Below are positions 14,956 through 24,621 of a stretch of DNA of 44,081 nucleotides, in pieces. The DNA comes from Macrostomum lignano. Its lineage: Eukaryota. Position 1 is the first letter of the stretch. Each line of letters begins with the position of its first letter. The position numbers and the translations under genes are program-made. Location of the stretch: assembly GCA_002269645.1 (NCBI GenBank), contig NIVC01004497.1, forward strand, positions 1-44,081. The letters are read 5' to 3'. Under the pieces are notes generated by a model. The model was given only the letters and a program-made list of their open reading frames with translations, did not search any database and had not been told where the DNA came from.

Positions 14956-17900
14956 ATGCCTTCCGGAATGCCGATCAGCATCCGAGCCCAGAACACGGAC
15001 CCGGAGTCCATCTACGACAAGATGGAACGAATCGGCAAGGGCAGCTTCGGCGAAGTGTTCAAAGGCATCGATCGGCGAACCAAGGAGATTGTCGCCATCA
15101 AGATTATCGATCTGGAAGAGGAGGAGGACGAGATCGAGGATATTCAGCAGGAGATTAACGTGCTGTCACAGTGCGACTCCCCTTACATTACCAAGTGAGC
15201 AGGCTTTCTTTAGTGAACCCTGTTGGATGGGGTCTCGGAATCACTCTCCCAGATCCTCAGTTGCTGGGCCAGCCTCCCAGATCCTCAGTTGCTGGGCCAG
15301 CCTCCCAGATCCTCAGTTGCTGTGCCAACCTCCCAGATCCTCAGTTGCTGGGCCAGCCTCCCGGATCCTCAGTTGCTAGGCCAACCTCCCAGATCCCCAG
15401 TTGCTAGGCCAGCCTCCCAGATCCTCAGTTGCTGGGCCAGCCTCTCAGATCCTTAGTTGCTGTGCCAGCCTCCCAGATCCTCAGTTGCTGGGCCAGCCTC
15501 CCAGATCCTCAGTTGCTAGGCCAGCCTCCCAGATCCTCAGTTGCTGGGCCAGCCTCCCAGATCCTTAGTTGCTGTGCCAGCCTCCCAGATCCTCAGTTGC
15601 TGTGCCAGCCTCCCAGATCCTCAGTTGCTAGGCCAACCTCCCAGATCCCCAGTTGCTAGGCCAGCCTCCCAGAGTGTCAGTTACTGAGCCAGCCTCCCAG
15701 ATCCTCAGTTGCTGGGCCAGCCTCCCAGATCCTCAGTTGCTAGGCCAGTCTCCCAGATCCTCAGTTGCTAGGCCAGTCTCCCAGATCCTCAGTTGCTAGG
15801 CCACCAGCCTCCCAGATCCTCAATTGCTAGGCCACCAGCCTTCCAGATCCTCGGTAGCTGGTCCACCAGCCTCCCAGATCCTCAGTTGCTGGGCCAGATA
15901 GAATAATTGGCTACTCTGTTTCGTGCCTATCTGTTTTTGTGTCAGTTATAAAGTTCTTTTTGCCAAATTGCAAGCATACTACTGACGCAATTCAAGTAGT
16001 GTAAGCGCGCATTTAATCGTACCAATTTAATAAACTCACTAAGCCATCGGATTCCCAATCCGCAGATATTTCGGCTCCTACCTGCGCGGCACCAAGCTGT
16101 GGATCATCATGGAGTACCTGGGCGGTGGTTCCGCACTGGACCTCATCAAAGCCGGCCTGCCAGACGAGCAGTACATCGCCATCATATTGCGTGAGATATT
16201 AAAAGGCCTGGATTATTTGCACTCGGAGAGGAAACTCCATCGCGATATTAAGGCAGCTAATATTCTGCTTAGCGACAATGGCGACGTTAAACTGGCAGAT
16301 TTCGGCGTTGCTGGGCAGCTGACCAACACCACCTCAAAGCGGGTGACCTTTGTTGGCACGCCGTTCTGGATGGCACCGGAGGTGATTAAACAGAGCGAAT
16401 ACGATTTTAAAGCCGACATTTGGTCGCTAGGCATTACGGCTATTGAGCTGGCTAAAGGCGAGCCGCCGAACTCCGAGCTGCATCCTATGCGAGTGCTGTT
16501 CCTCATACCGAAGAATCCGTCGCCTCAACTCACTGGCAATTATTCCAAAGTTTTTCAAGATTTTGTCAACGCCTGTTTGGATAAAAATCCTGAGAATGTG
16601 AGTCTGGTTAATTGAAGCTTTCTTGTCTACCTCTCTCCTCAGTGTCTTGTCTACCTCTCTCCTCAGTGTCTTGTCTACCTCTCTCCTCAGTGTCTTGTCT
16701 ACCTCTCTCCTCAGTGTCTTGTCTACCTCTCTCCTCAGTGTCTTGTCTACCTCTCTCCTCAGTGTCTTGTCTACCTCTCTCCTCAGTGTCTTGTCTACCT
16801 CTCTCCTCAGTGTCTTGTCTACCTCTCTCCTCAGTGTCTTGTCTACCTCTCTCCTCAGTGTCTTGTCTACCTCTCTCCTCAGTGTCTTGTCTACCTCTCT
16901 CCTCAGTGTCTTGTCTACCTCTCTCCTCAGTGTCTTGTCTACCTCTCTCCTCAGTGTCTTGTCTACCTCTCTCCTCAGTGTCTTGTCTACCTCTCTCCTC
17001 AGTGTCTTGTCTACCTCTCTCCTCAGTGTCTTGTCTACCTCTCTCCTCAGTGTCTTGTCTACCTCTCTCCTCAGTGTCTTGTCTACCTCTCTCCTCAGTG
17101 TCTTGTCTACCTCTCTCCTCAGTGTCTTGTCTACCTCTCTCCTCAGTGTCTTGTCTACCTCTCTCCTCAGTGTCTTGTCTACCTCTCTCCTCAGTGTCTT
17201 GTCTACCTCTCTCCTCAGTGTCTTGTCTACCTCTCTCCTCAGTGTCTTGTCTACCTCTCTCCTCAGTGTCTTGTCTACCTCTCTCCCCCTTTTCTCAAGG
17301 TGTCTTGTTTACCTCTCTCCCTCTTTGTCAAAGTCTCTTATCTATTTCTCTCCCGACTTCCCAAAGTTGCTCACCAGTTAGAGGCGGCTAGAAACAATCA
17401 GCTGCATATTTATTGCTCCTTACCGCTCCCAATTCCCTCAGCGGCCAACAGCCAAGGAGCTGCTAAAATTCCCATTCATCAAGCGGGCCAAGAAGACCGC
17501 CTACCTGGTCGAGTTAATCGAACGCTTCAAAAACTGGAAGGCCCAAGGCGGCGACCGCGACGACGATGACGACGACGACGACGATGACGCCGACGCGCTG
17601 ATCGACGAAGACGGCGCCGACCGGGCTGGCACTTTCAAATGGAAGTTCGGCGACGGCACCGTGAAGGAGGCCTCGCCGCCGGCGCATCAGTCGTCGACTG
17701 CCGTCGGCGCGTCCGCCGCTAATAGCGGCGCCAACGTCGACAATAACCGGAGACCGGCGCCGGCGCCGCCGAAAGTGGCGCCGAAACCTAACGCCAGCCT
17801 GTTGGCCTCGCGAAACAGCGGCATCGCCGCCTCGTCGTCGTCGTCTGGCGGAGCGACCGGCGGCGGCGATCTAAGCGACGTTTGCTCGGCCAGCATGTCG

Positions 17901-18164
17901 CAATTGGTGCTGCCGGTCATTGCCCAGGCTGGAGCCACCGTTAGACTGCAACAGCAGCAGCAGCAGCATCCATCCAATACATCGTCTGCTGGAGCTTCCT
18001 CTATTGACCAGCTGTCGATGGCTTTAACTATGGTAGATGCTGCCCAGCCCGAGGTTGTCAGGGAACTGGTTGCCAGGCTGGCCCGACAACTGTTGGAGGC
18101 GGCCCCAGCGTTACCGGCTCAACGTCGACGGGCGGTTGTTGAACGTCTGAGCCGGCCTCTGTAA
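14956..18164 (+). CDS. STK24: STE20-family GCKIII Ser/Thr kinase (STK24/STK25/STK26-like); exons 14956-15194, 16066-16597, 17442-18164 (~497 aa)
   Basis: [52 protein letters not shown], acidic linker and C-terminal helical GCKIII (CCM3-binding-type) region. Phases are compatible. Single-paralog naming is uncertain, and the last exon may be spliced at 18161. Confidence 0.93.
15246..15897 (+). repeat. 28-bp minisatellite (GCTGGGCCAGCCTCCCAGATCCTCAGTT) in kinase intron 1
   Basis: Visible tandem units. Confidence 0.95.
16620..17315 (+). repeat. 24-bp minisatellite (TCTTGTCTACCTCTCTCCTCAGTG), ~27 identical copies, kinase intron 2
   Basis: Visible perfect array. Confidence 0.97.
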
Positions 18165-18324
18165 GAGTATGTTTATAAGTACATTTATGTCTATTATATC
18201 TGTATTCATTAATGTTAGTTTGTCTGTTTTAATCGAATCGAGACAGAATATTGAAAGATTTTCTTTTTTGAAGCCACTGAACACTGACAGTTTGACAGTT
18301 ACTTGTAATTTGTTCTGCAATCTA

Positions 18325-18806
18325 TGATACCTGGGATTCACCGGTTAGGTTAACATATGATACCTGGGATTTACCGGTTAGGTTAATCTCTGATTCCTGG
18401 GGTTCGCTGGTTATGTTAACATATGATACCTGGGATTCTCCGGTTAGGTTTATCTATGACACATGGATTTCACCGGTTAGGTTAACATATGATACCTGGG
18501 ATTCACCGGTTAGGTTAACATATGACACCTGGGATTCACCGGTTAGGTTAACATATGACACCTGGGATTTACCGGTTAGGTAAATCTATGATACCTGGGA
18601 TTTACCGGTTAGGTTAACATATGATACCTGGGATTTACCGGTTAGGTTAACATATGATACCTGGGATTTACCGGTTAGGTAAATCTATGATACCTGGGAT
18701 TCACCGGTTAGGTTTATCTATGATACATGGGATTCACCGGTTGGGTTTATCTATGATACCTGGGATTCACCGGTTAGGTTAATCTGATACCAGGGGTTCA
18801 CCAGTT
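18325..18806 (+). repeat. 31-33-bp minisatellite (TATGATACCTGGGATTCACCGGTTAGGTTAACA) 3' of the kinase stop
   Basis: Visible tandem units. Confidence 0.95.
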
Positions 18807-19345
18807 ATAACTTTATGAATTTAAAAATATTTTTGTACTGTAGGAGTGCATTATTTAAACAAAGATTTTATATTATTTTTGTTTAACTTTCGTAATTAAC
18901 TTAATTAACAAAATATACTTAGACTGTAGTTGGATCGTTTTGCAGTTTAACTATTGTTACCAAGTCTATATGCTGATTATAATTTTACCCCATCCAAAAA
19001 TTGCCTACTTGAGACTGTACGCTTTAATCTGTTTTGCTCATGTAGTTGTCACTTCAGTAATTCTTATTTGCTTGTTTTGAAAGTAAGAATTAATATTTCA
19101 TGATTATTTTCCGTGTTTAAGTTTTTATTCGATGTGCTTTCTGTGCTCGTACCAATTTTCACCGTAATGGTCAGCTCACATTCGACTGGATTCAAATCAA
19201 ACTTGTTGCTTCGCTGTTGTTGTGCGACATCTTGTTAATGCTCAGTTGCACATTATTTATTCAGTTTGGAAATCAGCTTCTGTGCGCGTAATTATTAAGG
19301 CTTGAGAACTTTTTAAGGCTCATTAAGAGGTTTAATCATTCTAAC

Positions 19346-19745
19346 AGATCCCCAGTTGCTGTGCCAGCCTCCCAGATCCCCAGTTGCTGGGCCAGTCTCC
19401 CAGATCCTCAGTTGCTGAGCCAGCCTCCCAGATCCTCAGTTGCTGGGCCAGCCTCCCAGATCCTCAGTTGCTGGGCCAGCCTCCCAGATCCTCAGTTGCT
19501 GGGCCAGCCTCCCAGATCCTCAGTTGCTGGGCCAGCCTCCCAGATCCCCAGTTGCTGTGCCAGCCTCCCAGATCCTCAGTTGCTGGGCCAGCCTCCCAGA
19601 TCCCCAGTTGCTGGGCCAGCCTCCCAGATCCTCAGTTGCTGAGCCAGCCTCCGAGATCCTCAGTTGCTGAGCCAGCCTCCCAGATCCCCAGTTTCTGAGC
19701 CAGCCTCCCAGATCCCCAGTTGCTGGGCCAGTTTATCAGATCCTC
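19346..19745 (+). repeat. Second array of the same 28-bp family as kinase intron 1
   Basis: Identical unit and orientation to 15246-15897; flanks unrelated. Confidence 0.95.
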
Positions 19746-20599
19746 CCAAAAATACCTTACAAACTGTGCTGTCTCCAAAAAGCAAAACTATCGAAGATAA
19801 AAATCAGTGCCTTTTTCGGTTGACAACTAATATTCATAAACAATTCTTAATACCGCGAGTAGTTCTGATGTAAATTAAGCGATGTATAAATGTATGCATA
19901 TAATATTTCTATTTTCATTTTCAATGAAATACTAGTAATATTGTGCGGACATTCGTTATAAAAATTATATTTGTTTGTTTTTGCTTATTCTGCGAACTCC
20001 CTGCTGCTGTAGCGATGCTGCCTCTACTGCGCTTTAGTAGTATCGTATGCTAAATATTAATATTATTTTTACCTGGTTTTCGCTTATACACTAGTAGGTA
20101 CCGTAAGCGTTATTGATTAGTTGAAACTGCACGCTCTGCTGTTAATTGATTTGTTATCTCTGATTAATTACTTTATTAGCCGTAATCGCTTTCTGGCTGC
20201 GCCACCCTTTGGGCTCGTCTTTGTCTTCACACCTGGGTAATATAATATAATATGTTAATTATCAGTGTTGCTCCCTTTGACCTTGATTTGTGCACTTTTA
20301 ATTTATGCGGACTAAATTAATAATAAATCTAACTAATTATCCGATTATTATCGATTAATTTACTATTGGATATAAGTGTTTTTTAATCGCGCTCTTACAC
20401 ATTGTTTTGGAGGGACATTGTATTTCGATTTGCAGAAAGAATTATCACATAAATATATTAACTACTTATGAAATTGTTATCTTGTTGCGTATTTGATAAA
20501 GTTGTACTTTTTGTGTTTTTCTTCTAAAAGCTGGAACCATGTTTTTTGAAAAAAAACTTTTTTACTTTTCTTATTATTAGTTTTTTGTTGAACAATCTC

Positions 20600-21072
20600 A
20601 CAGAATCACCCTAAGAAGTCCTTAAAAATCGCTCCAAAAATTTTCGAGGAATCACCCTGAGCAGTCCTGAAAAATCACCTTAGACAATCCCGAAGAATCG
20701 CCCTAGACAGTCATGAAGAATTGCCCTAGACAGTCCCGAAGAATCGCCCTAGACAGTCCCGAAGAATCGCCCTAGACAGTCCCGAAGAATCGCCCTAGAC
20801 AGTCCTGAAAAATCGTCCTAGACAGTCCCGAAGAATCGCCCTAGACAGTCCCGAAAAATCGTCCTAGACAGTCCCGAAGAATCGTCCTAGACAGTCCCGA
20901 AGAATCGCCCTAGACAGTCCCGAAGAATCGCCCTAGACAGTCCCGAAAAATCACCCTAGACAGTCCCTAAAAATCGTCTTAGACAGTCCCGAAAAATCGC
21001 CCTAGACAGTCCCGAAGAATCGCCCTAGACAGTCCCGAAGAATCGCCCTAGACAGTCCCGAAAAAATCGCCC
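20600..21072 (+). repeat. 23-bp minisatellite (GAAGAATCGCCCTAGACAGTCCC)
   Basis: Visible tandem units. Confidence 0.95.
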
Positions 21073-21478
21073 TTGTCAGAGGAACAAGCCTGTACAGATA
21101 GCATGTTTAGGAATGCAGAATGTTCAGAATGCATATCTACGTACGTGTGCCATGCATTATAAATACAACCAACAACGTACGAGCTCGTAAAGTAGGAGCT
21201 AAGAATTGCAAGTTTACCCATTAATTACTCGTAGCGGTTTAATCAGACAGCTGTTGGACAAGCTTCTCCTAATTCTCTATCGATCATTTTTTAAACTTAA
21301 TTAAGATTGTAAAACTGTTGGCGTGTGGCGAGGACCCTGTTTTTGCATGTGCACTTTTTAGTGCCCGGCTGCATGATACTTTGCAATCGATCACCGATGT
21401 GATATATATAGGGATGGGTATATACATACGGCTCACGGATTTAATAGTGACAGATCACTGATCAGACCCGTGAGCAAT

Positions 21479-22618
21479 ATGACAACAGCTGACAGGATGC
21501 TGCGTCATCGCGCTAATCTGCTGTGGCAGGCCGCAATGGCCACCTGTGCAGGACTCCTACTGTTAATTGTTTTGCTGCTTCTGCTTCGCTGGCTTTGCCG
21601 CTTGATTTTAGCTCACAGGCGGCGAGGCGTTGACAGAACTTTGAGCTCGATTCTGCAGACTGACTCTGTGCTCGAACTGCAGCAGCCGTGCGCTAGGAGG
21701 CGCTGGCAAAAAGCGAGGTGAACTATTTTGTATTAATAGGAACAATTTTTTATTTGTTTGTACCGGTTTGTTTGAAGTTCTGCTATTAATCTGCATGTCT
21801 GACAGGTGACCGCTGTCAGGTGTTTCACCTGGGCAACGGGCGTTTCACCTGGATAACAGGAGTTTTCACCTGGGTAGCAGGTGTTTCACCTGGGTTCGTA
21901 GGTGTTTCACTTGGCTAACAGGTAGATTTTTCACTTGGCTAACAGGTAGATTTTTCACCTGGATAACAGGAGTTTTCCCTGGGTAACGTGAGTTTTAGCT
22001 GGGTAGCAGGTGTTTCACCTAGGTAAAAAATGTTTCATCTAGGTAACAGGTGTTTCACCTGTGGTAACAGGTGTTTCACCTGTGGTAACAGGTTTTTCAC
22101 CAGTGGTAACAGGTGTTTCACCTGTGGTAACAGGTGTTTCACCTGTGGTAACAGGTGTTTTTTCCCAAGTAACCGGTAATGCTTTTATCATTACAGGTGA
22201 TGCTCCTGTCTAAAAGGACGCTCTTGTGCAGGTGTGCAGTACATGTACTAGTCAATTAATAATCAATCATCTGTCAATAAACTCATTCAGATTGGCCAAC
22301 TCAAGCCTCGCAACAGCCGGTGACCAGCGGCTTCAGAACTGGAACAATGCGGCCGCACCCCAGCAGCCCCAAATCAGCCATCGCGGCAGGTCCCTTAGTT
22401 GGCCGCAGTTGATTCAAACAAATTTGATTTTTAATCAACAGGTTTCTAAGGCCGAAGAGTAAGTATAGTTATTGCGACCTGCATGTATTTAGTTTTATCT
22501 ACAGTTAGTGATGACTTCTCGATTATTCAATTATCTACTTTACAGCTCGCTCAACACTGCCAAAGGCGTGATTTATAGCGGCCCTCTCTCTAGTATGGAT
22601 CTGCGCTGGGACTTCTGA
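21479..22618 (+). CDS. Putative orphan single-pass membrane protein; exons 21479-21717, 22291-22458, 22546-22618 (~159 aa)
   Basis: Exon-like GC and codon style; hydrophobic AAMATCAGLLLLIVLLLLL followed by a basic RWLCR..HRRR stretch. Two phase-2 introns (AG|GTGAAC...CATTCAG|A; GA|GTAAGT...TTTACAG|C) join into a stop-free frame. No family recognised. Confidence 0.5.
21815..22195 (+). repeat. 21-bp quasi-palindromic minisatellite (CAGGTGTTTCACCTGTGGTAA)
   Basis: Visible; lies in the predicted intron 21718-22290. Confidence 0.93.
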
Positions 22619-24569
22619 TGGGCGTGCAGGATGCGAGCGAAGCAATTTAATTTTGACCTGCACATCTTGAATTCAGTGCAGTTAATAAAAATTTTTGAGA
22701 CACTATAGCACGAATTCTGCGTGTACTTTTGTCCCCTAATGAAAAATATAGTAAAATCTGCACTGTGACGTCGGCTTGATCGATCTTTGCACTTTGTTAA
22801 AAAATCCTAATAAAAATTTAATTTCGTATATTTGAAGATAGATGGATAGATTAGATAGATCACCTTGAGGGGCCCGTCGATACGTGGACTGCCTGCTGTG
22901 CGACGCTGGGGCACCCGACACTGCCACGGGGCGCTGCCATAAAACTGACTGCATGCGTGTGGTTACAATTTTTTGTTTGTTGTTGTCAGAATGGGGATCT
23001 GGGATAAGGATTTTGATTCTTTACAAGTGGTGCACATGTGCATGCATGTACATGTAGGTGGGACGCTGTATATATACATTTATCAAGTGGACGTAGCGTA
23101 GTTATACAATGAAGAACTTTTAGCTCAGCTGAAACTTAAGAAGTGCTCCGACTATGGCTCTATTCCTTGAGCTCGATGATGACAATTATAGAGCGACTAC
23201 AATTAGTACTAGGTTATATCAAAGCCTCGAACGGTCTTAGATTTCTCCTATGATCTACTGGCCGGGTCACCTGACGAATTTACGCCAAAGCTAGATCTGC
23301 ATTCTTGTGATATGAGAGATATTATATTACCAAAATCATGTGCCCAATGCATGCGAGCGAATTGACGCCCAGCAGCTGGTCGTCACTATAGCTCCTCTGG
23401 ACTTCAAAAGTTTTCTGATCCAAGGATGTGGCCATCAACAGTGTAGACGCCACCTGTTCGTGAGCGAATAAATTGGGGGTTACCTCTAGTTCGAGCGGTG
23501 GCTGCAGACGAGAAGTCCGCGCGAGCGGCCAACTGCATGGGGGGTGGGGCGAGAAGGTTGAATAGAATTTGTATAAAAGCTGCGATATTTTACAAGTTTT
23601 TTGTTGATTCTTATACTACACTACTTTCTTTGAACAGCAAAATTTATATTAATAATTGATGTTGCAGGCGTCGGCCACATTGCACACCGGGTGTGCTAAT
23701 TAGATCCTCACCCGCTTGACAATTTCACGTAATTTTTACGTAATAAACTCGCAACTCTCGTAACTAAAATACGAGCTGAAGAAAATGAGGGTTTTTGACA
23801 TTTAAACCTGTTTTTTACACTGTTTCCTGTTTAATAAGTAATAAACATTTAGTTTCAGGGCAGAATGAAGGGCAGAATGAGTTTGTTCAAACTGTACAGA
23901 TGATGCAAGTTGCTTTCCCCCCAAAGTATAATTTATATATATTTTACTACAGTCAGTTTGCTCTTGTGGTATTTGTAATTAGCTTGACAAAAAAGTAAAG
24001 TTCAGATTCAAATTTAAATATTTCGTCATTTCTACTTTCTATTTTACTAACGATCTGTTCCCTCGATGATTCTTTGTGAAAGTATTTCTATATGGACTTT
24101 TTAAAATTGTTTTCAGGGAAATACATACAGAAAGTATGTATTGAGTATATTTATATATTACTAAAGAGTACATGTATTTATTCGCATGAAAAAATAATTA
24201 ATTTTTCCAAACTTATAAACTATTCTTTAAATGAAAAATCTAAATTTTTTGTCCGGTGTTTTATAGTTTTTTCGGTCAGTACTTTCGTAACTACAATGAG
24301 ACCTGGCTGCTATGAAAATACACCAAAACAAACCCATAGCGTTTTCAATAAATTGTTAATAGCTTTAGCTGTTGATTTTTCATACATATTAATTTTTTAC
24401 CTGAATTTCTAGAAGTATAGTATTCTTTATTTTTAGCTGCATTACAATCTGTATAAAATTTGTTTTAAATGTATTACAAAACTTTCCAGAAACTTTTGCG
24501 TGCGTCATCAAATAAAATTAAATTGTTACTTTCTGGTAAATTACGTAGCATCCAGTTTAAATACCGATT

Positions 24570-24616
24570 GTAAGTAAAAATTTCTATATTTTAAGTAATT
24601 TTTTAAACTAACTTAG
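24570..24616 (+). other. Possible 47-nt intron in SAR1 5' UTR (or trans-splice acceptor at 24616)
   Basis: GTAAGT at 24570; CTAACTTAG| 5 nt before the ATG. Confidence 0.45.
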
Positions 24617-24621
24617 CAATC

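Noticed and set aside
16612-17391. 252- and 259-aa ORFs (LSSVSCLP / STSLLSVL repeats)
   Set aside because: A stop-free 24-bp intronic repeat inside the kinase gene
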